A program made the translations under genes and the position numbers. Below are positions 42,659-53,027 of a stretch of DNA of 64,000 nt, in pieces. Numbering within the stretch: position 1 is the first letter of the stretch; each line of letters begins with the position of its first letter. The notes below the pieces were generated by a model, which was not told the DNA's origin, ran no database searches, and saw nothing but the letters and a program-made list of their open reading frames with translations. This DNA comes from Myxococcota bacterium (lineage in GTDB: Bacteria; Myxococcota_A; UBA9160; SZUA-336): NCBI GenBank assembly GCA_046757685.1, contig JBHHYV010000003.1, positions 2,847 to 66,846 on the forward strand, in the 5' to 3' direction.

Positions 42659-44347
42659 CTAGCGCGCGAGCTCCTCCTCGAAGCGCACACCGCGCGCCTC
42701 CAGGAGCGTCCCCTGGGCGCGCTCGAGACCGGTGATCGAGTTGCGGTAGGTCTCGAGGGCACCGATCTGCTGGCGCTGCGCGTCGGCCACGTCCTCCTCG
42801 CGCAGAAGCACGTCGAAGGGCGTCGAGTCGCCGAGCCGCAGCCGCTCCTGCTCGGCGCGCAGCGTCTCCTCGGCCGAAGCGCGCCGGCGCTCGGCGGCCC
42901 GGATGCCCAGGATCGCGGAGCGGAGGTTGCGCGTGGCGTCCCGCACCTCGAGCAGGACCGTCTGTCGCTGGCGCGCGAGCTCGAAGCGCGCCCGGCGGAG
43001 CTCGATGCGGGCCTGGGTCTCGCGCTCCCGCGCCACGTGGTTGCCGAGCGGAAACTCGATCCGACCTCCCAGCGACCAGCCGCGATTGCCCCCCGCCTTG
43101 AAGAACTTGCTGTGGGCGCTCTTGCCCTCGTCGGGCACTCCCAGCTTGGGGATGAAGTTCTGACGGATCGGGTTGTTGGCCGCGCTGACCGGGGAGTTGG
43201 GATCGAAGGCCGGGTTCACGCCAAAGCCCGCGGAGGCGCCGGGATCGCTCTTCTGGTTTCCCGCCAGCCCCTGCAGGGTGTAGGAGGCGGTCAGGTCGAG
43301 GCGCGGGAGCGTCTGGTTCTCGGCCAGACCCAGGTTGAGCTCCGCGTCGGTGACGGCCTTGCGCCGCAGCGCGAGCTCGGGACGCCGCTCGAGAGCGCGC
43401 TTCGCCGCGGCCTCCTCGTCGAGGGCGTACTCCACGAAGGCGGGCTCCTCGGTCGCGATCCGGAGGCTCTCGTAGTCCTCGAGGGTGGGGCGCCCGATCA
43501 GGTCGAGCAGGCGATCCTGTGCCAGCTCCGCGGCTGCGTCGGCGGCGATCCGATCGAAGTCGCGCGCTGCCTCGCCCGCGAGTGCCTGGCTCACTGCGAC
43601 CTTGGACACGGTTCCCACCTCGTATTGCACGCGGCTGCGCTGGAGCAGCTCCTGCGCGCGCTGCAGGCTCTTCTGCGCAACCTGCAGGTTGGCTCGGGCC
43701 GCCGAAAGGTTCCAGTAGGCCGTATCGACCGAAACCAGGGTGTCCTGAATCTGCTGCCGGAACGTCTCCTCGGCGATCTGGCGCCCCAGGATGCTGCGGC
43801 GCACGGCGATGTTCGCCTCGTTCTGTACCAGGTCGCGAAGCAGGGGAAGCTTGAGGCTGCTGACCCAGACGGGACGGAACTCGGGCCGCAGCGAGTTGAA
43901 GCCCGAGTTCGAGTCGAGGCGCGTCATCAGGTAGGTGCTCTGGTAGCTCAGTCCGAAGGGCAGGATCCCGCTCAGCCCGGAGCTGTACTGCCACTCGTTC
44001 TCGTCGATCTGCGAGGGGCTGCCGAACGCCGCCTGGACGGTGCTGGCGACGGGAGTCTCCCGGCGCTCGAAGCTCGCCGAGGCGAACAGGATCGGATCGA
44101 AGGCTCCGCGCGCCTGGCCCTCGACGGCCGCCTGGATGCCGGGCTCTGCGCGCTGCACGGCGAGGAGCAGGTTGCTCTCGAGCGCCCGGCGCTCGGCTTC
44201 GGAGAGGTTCAGCTTGATCTCGCGCTTTGCAGCTCCGGGCGCGGACTCTCCCGCCGGCTCTTCCGAGGGCTGTGCGGGCTGAGACCACGCGGGGGTACCC
44301 GCCGCTGCCAGCACTCCCGAGAGTGCGAGAAGCCCGATCCGTCTCAT
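42659..44347 (-). CDS. TolC-family outer membrane efflux protein (OEP) with an internal insertion of about 60-70 aa
   Basis: Signal peptide MRRIGLLALSGVLAAAGTPAWSQP and two OEP repeats (VQYEVGTVSKVAVSQAL...; RLRLGDSTPFDVLLREEDVADAQRQ). 562 aa from Met48 of the listed ORF. Confidence 0.75.
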   Translation of the reverse strand: MRRIGLLALSGVLAAAGTPAWSQPAQPSEEPAGESAPGAAKREIKLNLSEAERRALESNLLLAVQRAEPGIQAAVEGQARGAFDPILFASASFERRETPVASTVQAAFGSPSQIDENEWQYSSGLSGILPFGLSYQSTYLMTRLDSNSGFNSLRPEFRPVWVSSLKLPLLRDLVQNEANIAVRRSILGRQIAEETFRQQIQDTLVSVDTAYWNLSAARANLQVAQKSLQRAQELLQRSRVQYEVGTVSKVAVSQALAGEAARDFDRIAADAAAELAQDRLLDLIGRPTLEDYESLRIATEEPAFVEYALDEEAAAKRALERRPELALRRKAVTDAELNLGLAENQTLPRLDLTASYTLQGLAGNQKSDPGASAGFGVNPAFDPNSPVSAANNPIRQNFIPKLGVPDEGKSAHSKFFKAGGNRGWSLGGRIEFPLGNHVARERETQARIELRRARFELARQRQTVLLEVRDATRNLRSAILGIRAAERRRASAEETLRAEQERLRLGDSTPFDVLLREEDVADAQRQQIGALETYRNSITGLERAQGTLLEARGVRFEEELAR

Positions 44348-44671
44348 CTCTTCCTCCTGCCTCGTGCAGCGGCTCCGTTCGCATCCAGGTCCACGGCCGT
44401 CTCGATCTCCGCCTCCAAAGGGGTCGGGCCGGTCTCTCGAGAACTCCGCCGCGCGGGCGGCGGGGTTGCCCTGGGGAATCGAAGCCATCGTTCACTGGGC
44501 GGACCGGCGGGTCAGAACCCTAGAGCAAGGGCGGGGGGAAGTCCAAGCGCGAGTGCAGCCACGAAGGTCACACTCCACGTCGCACTTCGAGTCGCACCCC
44601 GGGTCACACCGGTGAGCGGGCGACTCGTGCTAGGATCGTATGCTCTCTATGGGGGGGACGCGTTGGCGGAA

Positions 44672-45169
44672 GTGCGTGGCTGGCAGGCCAGGGTGGGAGA
44701 GCTGGCCGTCTACCCGGGACAGGGAGTCGCACGGATCGAGGAGATCTGCGAGCAGGAGATCGCGGGTCAGATCCGCGAGTTCATGGTGCTGCGCAAGCTC
44801 GAGGACGATTCGCGAATCCTGATCCCGCGCGAGAACGTCACCGAGGTCGGGCTGCGCGCGGTGGTCGGGCGCCAGGGAGCGGAGCGGATCTGGGAGATCC
44901 TGCGCATGCGAACCCGGCGCCGCCGCGCCAGCGGCATCACCTGGAGCCGCCAGTTTCGCGAGTACCAGGACAAGCTCCGGACCGGGACGATCTACGAGGT
45001 CGCCGAGGTTCTTCGCGACCTGATGCGCCTGCAGAGCGTCAAGGAGCTCTCCTTCGGCGAGCGCCGGGTCATGGACTCCGCGCACTCGCTGCTGGCGCAG
45101 GAGCTGGCCGCAGCCGAGAAGCAGGGTCTCGAGGTCATCGACGACCAGATTGCCGCGGCGGTCCGCTAG
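44672..45169 (+). CDS. cdnL: CarD-family transcriptional regulator CdnL
   Basis: [18 protein letters not shown]...RILIP...IYEVAEVLRDLMRLQSVKELSFGERRV. The start (GTG 44672 or 44693, or TTG 44663) is uncertain. Confidence 0.8.
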   Translation: MRGWQARVGELAVYPGQGVARIEEICEQEIAGQIREFMVLRKLEDDSRILIPRENVTEVGLRAVVGRQGAERIWEILRMRTRRRRASGITWSRQFREYQDKLRTGTIYEVAEVLRDLMRLQSVKELSFGERRVMDSAHSLLAQELAAAEKQGLEVIDDQIAAAVR

Positions 45170-45208
45170 GAGAGCGGCTCTCCGGGAGGTTCCTCTATTC
45201 TCTCGACC

Positions 45209-45931
45209 GTGAGGGCGGCAGCGCTGGTTCTGGGAGCGGGGCAGGGGCGGCGGCTCGGTGCGAGTCGGCCCAAGGCCCTGGTCGCCGTGGCGGGCCGCTC
45301 CCTCATTGCCTGGAGCGCGGAGGCGCTCGGCCGCGCCGACAGGGTGGAGGCGATCCAGTGTGTGCTCCCTCCGGAGACGCAGATCCCGGAGCCCTTCCGC
45401 GCGCCGGCGCGCTGGCTCCCTCCCGTGACGGGAGGAGCCACTCGCCAGGCGTCGCTGGCGCGGGGTCTCGAGGGACTCGAGGCGAGCTGGCCCGACTGCG
45501 GGTGGGTCCTGGTCCACGACGCCGCGCGCTGCCTGGTCGAGCCCGCCGACGCCGAGCGTGTCCTGGAACGATCGCGCGAGACCGGGGCCGCGATCCCGGT
45601 GCTGCCGGTCGTCGACACGCTGAAGGAGGTCCGCGACGGTGTCGTCGTCCGCACCCTCGCCCGGTCGCAGCTGGTGCGGGTACAGACACCGCAGGCGTTC
45701 AGGCTCAGCCTCCTGCGAGAGGCGCTCGAGAAGGCCTCCCGTGAGGGATTCGTGGGCACCGACTGCGCCTCGCTCGTCGAGCGACTGGGAGCTCGGGTCC
45801 TGACCTGCCCCGGCCGCCAGGGGAACTGGAAGGTCACCGGCCCGGGTGACCTCGAGCGGGCGGGCAGCGTCCTCTCCGAACGCGGGGCCGGACCGCGTCC
45901 GGCGAGCGCCGGGAAGAGGGAGGGGTGGTGA
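45209..45931 (+). CDS. ispD: 2-C-methyl-D-erythritol 4-phosphate cytidylyltransferase
   Basis: [14 protein letters not shown]...[11 protein letters not shown]...VQTPQAF. Confidence 0.9.
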   Translation: MRAAALVLGAGQGRRLGASRPKALVAVAGRSLIAWSAEALGRADRVEAIQCVLPPETQIPEPFRAPARWLPPVTGGATRQASLARGLEGLEASWPDCGWVLVHDAARCLVEPADAERVLERSRETGAAIPVLPVVDTLKEVRDGVVVRTLARSQLVRVQTPQAFRLSLLREALEKASREGFVGTDCASLVERLGARVLTCPGRQGNWKVTGPGDLERAGSVLSERGAGPRPASAGKREGW

Positions 45932-46401
45932 GGGTCGGGACCGGCTGGGACCTGCACCGGCTCGTCCCAGGCCGCCCGCTGATCCTCGGGGGCGTGACGG
46001 TCGCGTCGCCGGAGGGACTCGAGGGTCACTCCGATGCCGACGTCCTCGCGCACGCCGTCGGGGATGCCCTGCTCGGGGCGGCCGGGGCGGGGGATCTGGG
46101 GACCTTCTTCCCCTCTTCGGACTCCCGCTGGAAGGGCGCCTCGGGCCAGGTGCTGCTGGAGCGGATCCTCTGCGAGCTCTCGGGCTGGCGGATCGAGAAC
46201 GTGGACGCGACGTTGATCGCGGAGCGTCCCCGGCTGGCGGAGTGGCGAGCGAGGATCGAGGCGTCCCTCGCGCGCCTGCTGCGGGTCGAGGGAGCGCGGG
46301 TGAACGTGAAGCTGAAGAGCAGCGATGGGCTGGGTGCCCTGGGAAGGGGAGAGGGCATCGCTGCACAGGCCGCCGTATTGATCTCCAGGAGCGACACTTG
46401 A
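45925..46401 (+). CDS. ispF: 2-C-methyl-D-erythritol 2,4-cyclodiphosphate synthase
   Basis: [12 protein letters not shown]...[31 protein letters not shown]; overlaps ispD by 7 nt. Confidence 0.9.
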   Translation: MVRVGTGWDLHRLVPGRPLILGGVTVASPEGLEGHSDADVLAHAVGDALLGAAGAGDLGTFFPSSDSRWKGASGQVLLERILCELSGWRIENVDATLIAERPRLAEWRARIEASLARLLRVEGARVNVKLKSSDGLGALGRGEGIAAQAAVLISRSDT

Positions 46402-47801
46402 GCGAGCTGGTCCTCTACAACACGCGCACGCACCGCAAGGAGCGCTTCGAGCCGATCCACGAGGGACGGGTCCATCTCTACTCCTGCGGCCCGACGGTCT
46501 ACAGCTACCAGCACGTCGGGAACATGCGTCCCTATCTCTTCTCCGACCTGCTGCGCCGTACGCTCCAGTACGCCGGCTATCGCGTTCGCCAGGTCATCAA
46601 CATCACCGACGTCGGCCACCTGACCGACGACGCCGACTCGGGAGAGGACCGCATGGAGCGGGCCGCCCGCGAGTCCGGCGAGAGCGCCCACGAGGTGGCC
46701 GAGCGCTACACCCGCATCTTCCAGGACGATCTCCGGAGCCTGAACTGCCTGGAGCCCGCGGTCTGGTGCCGGGCGACCGACCACATCGCGGACCAGCTCG
46801 AGATGGTGCGCATCCTCGAGGAACGGGGATTCTGCTACCGCACGTCCGATGGGATCTACTTCGACACGTCCAAGGATCCCCACTACGGCGAGCTTGCCCG
46901 CACCCACCTCGCCGACCAGCGGCCGGGCGCGCGCATCGGGGCCGCGGGCGAGAAGCGCAGTCCCGCCGACTTCGCCCTCTGGAAGTTCTCCCCCCGCGAC
47001 GGACCGAGGCGGCAGATGGAGTGGCCGAGCCCGTGGGGCGTCGGGTTTCCGGGCTGGCACCTCGAGTGCTCCGCGATGAGCTCCAAGTACCTCGGCGTTC
47101 CCTTCGACATCCATACCGGCGGAGTCGACCATCTTCCCGTGCACCACCCCAACGAGATCGCGCAGGCCGAGAACGCCTTCGACGTCCGGCCCTGGGTCCG
47201 CTTCTGGATGCACGAGGAGTGGCTGATGGCCAGCGGAAAGAAGATCTCGAAGTCGACGGGCGGCCTCCTCACACTCTCGGAGCTGGCAGAGCGGGGCGTC
47301 GAGCCGCTGGCTTTCCGGCTCTTCTTCCTGACGGCGCACTACCGCCAGCAGCAGGCCTTCTCGGTCGAGGCCGTGCGCGGGGCCCAGCAGACCTATACCC
47401 GGCTGGTGCGCCACGCCCTCGAGCTGCGCGGAGCCAGTGACTCGCGGGGCAGCGAACACGTGGCCCGCTACCGGGAACGCTTCCGCCGGGCGATCTTCGA
47501 CGACCTGAACGCTCCCCAGGCATTGGCGGCGCTCTGGGAGACCGTGCGGAGCCCGGAGCTGGGAGGGGTCGAGAAGTGGACGCTGCTCGGCGAGTTCGAC
47601 TCCGTGCTGGGCCTCGACCTCGAGCACGCGAAGCTCGAGGCACCGGCGATCGACCGGCGCATCGAGAGCCTGATCGCCGAGCGCAACACGGCCCGGGAGG
47701 CGCGGGACTTCGCGCGGGCGGACGAGATCCGCGAGGCGCTCCTCGCCGAGGGGATCGTCCTGGAGGACGGACCCGAAGGAACCCGCTGGCGGCGTGCCTG
47801 A
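46398..47801 (+). CDS. cysS: Cysteine--tRNA ligase
   Basis: [26 protein letters not shown] (HIGH region), the zinc ligand region, and KISKSTGG (KMSKS variant). The TTG start overlaps the ispF stop. Confidence 0.9.
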   Translation: MSELVLYNTRTHRKERFEPIHEGRVHLYSCGPTVYSYQHVGNMRPYLFSDLLRRTLQYAGYRVRQVINITDVGHLTDDADSGEDRMERAARESGESAHEVAERYTRIFQDDLRSLNCLEPAVWCRATDHIADQLEMVRILEERGFCYRTSDGIYFDTSKDPHYGELARTHLADQRPGARIGAAGEKRSPADFALWKFSPRDGPRRQMEWPSPWGVGFPGWHLECSAMSSKYLGVPFDIHTGGVDHLPVHHPNEIAQAENAFDVRPWVRFWMHEEWLMASGKKISKSTGGLLTLSELAERGVEPLAFRLFFLTAHYRQQQAFSVEAVRGAQQTYTRLVRHALELRGASDSRGSEHVARYRERFRRAIFDDLNAPQALAALWETVRSPELGGVEKWTLLGEFDSVLGLDLEHAKLEAPAIDRRIESLIAERNTAREARDFARADEIREALLAEGIVLEDGPEGTRWRRA

Positions 47802-49842
47802 CTTCGAGGTCGTTTCCGAGTATCGACCGTGCGGCGACCAGCCGCAGGCGATCGCCGCGCTCGCCGAAGGCATCCGCAGCGGCGAACGGCACCAGACGCT
47901 GCTGGGGATCACCGGCAGCGGCAAGACGGCGACGATGTCGTGGGTGATCGAGGCGGTGCAGCGGCCCACCCTGGTGATGGCACCGAACAAGACGCTCGCC
48001 GCCCAGCTCTATGGCGAGTTCCGCAAGCTCTTTCCGCACAACGCCGTCGAGTACTTCGTCTCCTACTACGACTACTACCAGCCCGAGGCGTATCTGCCCA
48101 CGACGGATACCTTCATCGAGAAGGACGCCTCGATCAACGAGGAGATCGACAAGCTCCGGCACTCGGCCACCCGTTCCGTCCTCTCGCGCCGGGATGTGAT
48201 CGTCGTCGCGAGCGTGAGCTGCATCTACGGCCTGGGATCCCCGGAGAGCTACGGAGAGATGCACGTCTACCTCGAGCGGGGCGAGACCCTCCGGCGAGAG
48301 GACCTGCTGGCCAAGCTCGTGGCCATGCTCTACGACCGCAACGACTACGACTTCCATCGGGGGACGTTCCGGGTCCGCGGGGACGTGATCGAGATCTTTC
48401 CGGCCTACGAAGATGCCTCCGCGATCCGCGTCGAGCTCTTCGGGGACGTGATCGAGGCGATCACCGAGGTCGACCCCCTGCGCGGGCGGATCCTCTCGCG
48501 CCCGCGCCGAATGATGATCTTTCCCAACAGCCACTATGTGTCGACGGAGGAGAAGCTCGTGCGGGCCATCGAGGGGATCCGCGAGGAGCTCGATCAGCGG
48601 ATCGTCGAGCTTCGCAGCGCGGACAAGCTCCTCGAAGCCCAGCGGATCGAGCAGCGCACCCTGTACGACCTGGAGATGCTCCGCGAGATGGGATTCTGTC
48701 ACGGCGTCGAGAACTACTCGCGCTGGCTCGACGGCCGTCGGGCCGGCGAGCCTCCCTACACCCTGCTGAGCTACTTTCCCGAGGACTTCCTGTGCTTCGT
48801 CGATGAGAGCCACGTCACGATCCCCCAGATCGGGGGCATGTACCGGGGCGACCGGCGGCGCAAGGAGACGCTGGTGGAGTTCGGGTTCCGGCTGCCGTCG
48901 GCCCTCGACAACCGTCCGCTGCGTTTCGAGGAGTGGGAGGAGCGGGTGAAGCAGGCCGTCTACGTGTCGGCCACCCCCGGGGACTGGGAGCTCGAGCGCA
49001 GCCGCGGCGTGGTCGTCGAGCAGATCATCCGCCCGACGGGTCTGATCGAGCCCCGGGTGTCGATCCGGCCCGCGGGAAACCAGGTCGAGGACCTGCTCGA
49101 GGAGATCCGCCAGCGGGTCGAGCAGGGGGAGCGGGTCCTGGTGACGACGTTGACGAAGCGGATGGCGGAGGAGCTCTGTGCCTACTACCAGGAGCTCGGC
49201 ATCCGGGTTCGCTACCTGCACTCCGAGATCGCGACGATCGAGCGCACCGAGATCCTGCGCGAGCTCCGCCAGGGCGCGTTCGACGTGCTCGTGGGGATCA
49301 ACCTGCTGCGAGAGGGATTGAACCTGCCCGAGGTCTCACTCGTGGCGATTCTCGATGCCGACAAGGAGGGCTTCCTGCGCTCCGCGCGCTCGCTGATCCA
49401 GACCATGGGGCGGGCTTCGCGCAACCTGAACGGCGCGGCGATCCTCTACGCCGACCAGGAGACCGAGGCGCTGAAGCTCGCGGTCGGGGAGACCGAGCGC
49501 AGGCGCGAGCGCCAGCTGGCGTACAACGCCGAGCACGGGATCACCCCGGAGTCGGTCCAGAGCGAGATCTCGAGTCTTCGAGACAGCCTCTACGAGGCGG
49601 ACTACGTGACCGTCGAGGTGGACGCAGACTCGGAGCTCGAGCTCGAGAATGCCGCGGCGAAGATCGAGGAGCTACGCGCGCAGATGAGCAAGGCGTCCGA
49701 GAGCCTGGAGTTCGAACGCGCGGCCGATCTTCGCGACCGGATCGTGGCGCTCGAGGAGGCCATGCTGCTCGGAATCGGAGCATTCCGCCGGTCCGAGCCC
49801 TCGCGCCGGGGTCGTGCGCGCGGGGGACGCCGGAAGCGATGA
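47794..49842 (+). CDS. uvrB: Excinuclease ABC subunit B
   Basis: [20 protein letters not shown], Walker A GITGSGKT, and the C-terminal UVR domain. Confidence 0.95.
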   Translation: MPDFEVVSEYRPCGDQPQAIAALAEGIRSGERHQTLLGITGSGKTATMSWVIEAVQRPTLVMAPNKTLAAQLYGEFRKLFPHNAVEYFVSYYDYYQPEAYLPTTDTFIEKDASINEEIDKLRHSATRSVLSRRDVIVVASVSCIYGLGSPESYGEMHVYLERGETLRREDLLAKLVAMLYDRNDYDFHRGTFRVRGDVIEIFPAYEDASAIRVELFGDVIEAITEVDPLRGRILSRPRRMMIFPNSHYVSTEEKLVRAIEGIREELDQRIVELRSADKLLEAQRIEQRTLYDLEMLREMGFCHGVENYSRWLDGRRAGEPPYTLLSYFPEDFLCFVDESHVTIPQIGGMYRGDRRRKETLVEFGFRLPSALDNRPLRFEEWEERVKQAVYVSATPGDWELERSRGVVVEQIIRPTGLIEPRVSIRPAGNQVEDLLEEIRQRVEQGERVLVTTLTKRMAEELCAYYQELGIRVRYLHSEIATIERTEILRELRQGAFDVLVGINLLREGLNLPEVSLVAILDADKEGFLRSARSLIQTMGRASRNLNGAAILYADQETEALKLAVGETERRRERQLAYNAEHGITPESVQSEISSLRDSLYEADYVTVEVDADSELELENAAAKIEELRAQMSKASESLEFERAADLRDRIVALEEAMLLGIGAFRRSEPSRRGRARGGRRKR

Positions 49843-51752
49843 CCCCGGAGCCGGCGCTGGCCGACGGGATCGCGGAGCGGATCGCGTCGCTCCCGACCGG
49901 CCCTGGCGTCTATCTCTTCAAGGACCGGGAAGGGCGCATTCTCTACGTGGGCAAGGCCCAGAACCTGCGCTCGCGCGTGCGCAGCTACTTCGGATCGGGC
50001 GATGGACGCCACCAGGTCCACTTCCTGGTCCCGAGGATCGCGGATCTCGAGGTGGTGGTCACGGCGAGTGTGAAGGACGCACTCCTCCTCGAGAACCAGC
50101 TGATCAAGAAGCACCGTCCGCGCTTCAACGTCCGCTTGCGAGATGACAAGAACTACCTGGGGCTCAAGCTGGCGCCGGGCGAGAGGTACCCGCGCTTCCG
50201 GGAGACGCGCAGCTTCGCCGCCGATGGCGCGGTCTACTTCGGTCCCTACACCTCGAGCCTCTCGCTGCGCGAGACCCTCTCGGAGCTGCAGCGGATCTTC
50301 CCGCTGCGCACCTGCAGCAACGGGGTCCTCGAGAGCTACCGGCGTCGCGGGCGGCCGTGCCTGGAGCACGCCATCGGGCGCTGCTCGGCGCCCTGCTGCG
50401 GCGAGATCGACGACCCGGCCTACCGGGAGCTGGTCGACGGAGCGGTGCTCTTCCTGCGGGGGCGGTCTGGAACACTGGTGCGGGACCTTCGCCAGCGCAT
50501 GGAGGCTGCCGCCTCGGCCGAGCGCTTCGAGGAAGCCGCGCGACTGCGCGATCGGATCGAGTCGATCGAGCGCACGGTGCAGAAGCAGTCGATGGTATCG
50601 ACCCGATTCGTCGATCGGGACGCCCTCGCCCTGGCGCGCGCGGCCAGCAACGTCGAGATCCAGGTGCTCCACGTCCGGCGCGGAAAGCTCCTGGGCGGCG
50701 ATCACTACGCGTTCCGCGGAGTCCATCTCGACGACGCGGAGGTGCTCGGGTCCTTCCTGGGCCAGTTCTATGGAGCGGGCCGCGAGATTCCCCACGAGGT
50801 GCTGCTCTCGATGCCGGTCGAGGCGGCCGAGCCCCTGGTCGAGCTGTGGCGCGAGAGCGCCGGCCGGTCGGTCCAGCTTCGGGTCGCACAGCGCGGCGAG
50901 GGTCGCCGGCTCGTCGAGATGGCGCAGCGCAACGCCGAGCTGGCGCTCAGCGAGCGAACGCGGCGCGAGCACTCGCTCGAGCGGCTGGGGGCAGAGCTGC
51001 AGAAGGCACTGGCCCTGCCGGCGCTCCCACGCCGCATCGAGTGCTACGACGTCTCGCACCTGCGCGGAAGCCTGCACGTGGCCTCGCGCGTCGTGTTCCA
51101 GGACGGCCAGCCAAAACGGTCGGCCTACCGCCGCTACCGGCTCCGCGAGACGGCGCCGGGCGACGACTACGGCGCGATGCGGGAGGTCCTGGCCCGCCGC
51201 TTCCGTCGCCTTCAGGAGGAGCAAGCCCCCGACCTGATCCTGCTCGATGGCGGCAAGGGCCAGCTCGCTGCGGTTCGTGCCGTGATGATGGACCGGGGCA
51301 TCACGGGAATCGAGCTGGCAGCGATCGCGAAGGAGCGGGATCTCGACTCTGCCCAGACCCGGGTGCGTCGAGACGCGGGGACCAAGCGCGAACGGATCTT
51401 CCGTCCCGGGATCAAGGATCCCCTGGTCCTGGCTCCCGACTCTCCCGCGATGCTGCTGCTGCAGCGCGTGCGAGACGAGTCTCACCGCTTCGCCATCCGC
51501 TATCACCGGGAGCTGCGGCGCAAGACGAGCTTGCGCTCGATCCTCGATGAGCTGCCGGGGATCGGACCCAAGCGGCGGGGTTCGCTGCTGCGCACCCTGG
51601 GGAGCCTGGAGCGGGTGAAGCGCGCGACCGAGGAGGAGCTGGCGGCCGTCCCCGGGCTCACCCGGGCGAACGCACGCATGATCCGCGCCTTCTTCGACGC
51701 TCCGGAGCCCGCCGACGACCCCGTCAAGGGGACCCCGCCACAGGCCGATTGA
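49839..51752 (+). CDS. uvrC: Excinuclease ABC subunit C
   Basis: GIY-YIG N-terminus ([30 protein letters not shown]), UVR domain, RNase H-like endonuclease and C-terminal HhH. Confidence 0.95.
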   Translation: MTPEPALADGIAERIASLPTGPGVYLFKDREGRILYVGKAQNLRSRVRSYFGSGDGRHQVHFLVPRIADLEVVVTASVKDALLLENQLIKKHRPRFNVRLRDDKNYLGLKLAPGERYPRFRETRSFAADGAVYFGPYTSSLSLRETLSELQRIFPLRTCSNGVLESYRRRGRPCLEHAIGRCSAPCCGEIDDPAYRELVDGAVLFLRGRSGTLVRDLRQRMEAAASAERFEEAARLRDRIESIERTVQKQSMVSTRFVDRDALALARAASNVEIQVLHVRRGKLLGGDHYAFRGVHLDDAEVLGSFLGQFYGAGREIPHEVLLSMPVEAAEPLVELWRESAGRSVQLRVAQRGEGRRLVEMAQRNAELALSERTRREHSLERLGAELQKALALPALPRRIECYDVSHLRGSLHVASRVVFQDGQPKRSAYRRYRLRETAPGDDYGAMREVLARRFRRLQEEQAPDLILLDGGKGQLAAVRAVMMDRGITGIELAAIAKERDLDSAQTRVRRDAGTKRERIFRPGIKDPLVLAPDSPAMLLLQRVRDESHRFAIRYHRELRRKTSLRSILDELPGIGPKRRGSLLRTLGSLERVKRATEEELAAVPGLTRANARMIRAFFDAPEPADDPVKGTPPQAD

Positions 51753-51759
51753 GCCCTCG

Positions 51760-52701
51760 ATGCCCGAGGCTCGCACTCCTCCCTCCCGCGCCTTCCGACG
51801 AGCCCGGCGAGCGGGTCTGGGCTGGGCCGTGGCGCTCGGGGCTGGCCTGGGCCTCTTGGGACCGGGACCCGCCGGCTCGGCGGTCTACACCTGGACCGAC
51901 ACCCAGGGCCACGTGCACATGACCGATGACCTCTCGCGCGTCCCGGAGAGCGAGCGCGCTCTGGCGCCGGTGCCCCGGGCCTCGGGCGGGACCTGGAACC
52001 GGGTGGATCCCGACCCCAGCGGATCGACCCGGGCCTCTCCCGCGGCGCCCGGGGCGGCGGCCGAGGGCGCGATCGCGCGCCGATCCGGCCGGCGCTACCG
52101 CATCCGCGTGGAGCGCGCCGGCCTGGAGATGCGCGTCTCCGCCCTGCTGGAGGGCCGCATCCATGCGAGCTTCAAGGTGGATACGGGCGCAGCGATCAAC
52201 ACGATCCCGAGGCAGGCCGTCGAGGCGCTCGGGGTCCGGATCGACGAGAGCACCCCGGTGACGGTCGTGGCGGGCATCAGCGGGGAGCCAATGCTGGTGC
52301 CGGTGGTGACCCTGCGCGAGGTCGCGCTGGGCGGAGCCATGGTCGAGAACGTCGAGATGGCGGTCCTCGACACCATGGCGCAGGGCCTGCTCGGGATGCC
52401 CTTCTTCAACCACTTCCGCGTCGAGACCGATCCGGAGCGGGGGATCCTGACCCTCGAGGAGATCGATCTGGCCGGCGTCGAGGGGATCTACGGCGGCTAC
52501 GGCGAGTCCTACTGGCGAGCGCGATTTCGGATGATCCGGACCCTTCGCGACCGCCTGGATCAACTCGCCGAGCGACTCCCGTCGACCGGGAGCGACCTGC
52601 GGACGCGCATGGAGCACAGCCGCGACTACTGGCGCAGGCAGCTCGAGCAGCTGGAGCTCCGGGCCTCGAGAGCGGGCGTCCCGCGGAGCTGGCGCCACTA
52701 G
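51760..52701 (+). CDS. Secreted retropepsin-like (clan AA) aspartic protease with an N-terminal DUF4124-like region
   Basis: Signal peptide; VYTWTDTQGHVHMTD (DUF4124-like); catalytic DTGA (HASFKVDTGAAINTIP); a C-terminal coiled-coil-like region. Confidence 0.7.
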   Translation: MPEARTPPSRAFRRARRAGLGWAVALGAGLGLLGPGPAGSAVYTWTDTQGHVHMTDDLSRVPESERALAPVPRASGGTWNRVDPDPSGSTRASPAAPGAAAEGAIARRSGRRYRIRVERAGLEMRVSALLEGRIHASFKVDTGAAINTIPRQAVEALGVRIDESTPVTVVAGISGEPMLVPVVTLREVALGGAMVENVEMAVLDTMAQGLLGMPFFNHFRVETDPERGILTLEEIDLAGVEGIYGGYGESYWRARFRMIRTLRDRLDQLAERLPSTGSDLRTRMEHSRDYWRRQLEQLELRASRAGVPRSWRH

Positions 52702-53027
52702 TGCCCCGTCCCGGGAGTTCGCTCGCAACCTCGACGGGCGTGGCATCCTCGTTCGCGGCCTTGCCCCCGCTCGACGAATCTACCGATTCGCCTCGCTCGC
52801 GCGCCTTGCGAGCGCGGCGCCCCAACCGCGAGAACTGCCTCGGAGCTCCTGGGACGAAATACTAGCGAGCGCGAGGTCGGGGCAGGCCCTTCGCAGGGGG
52901 TGCTCGATGACGCCGCGCCGAGAGAGCGCGCGTTCTCCCTCCGTGTGCTCGCGGTCTCGCCGGAGCCCACTCGGGAAGGCAGAGGCGCCCGCAGGATGGC
53001 ACCCCCCTTGCTCCTGCGACCCCGGCG

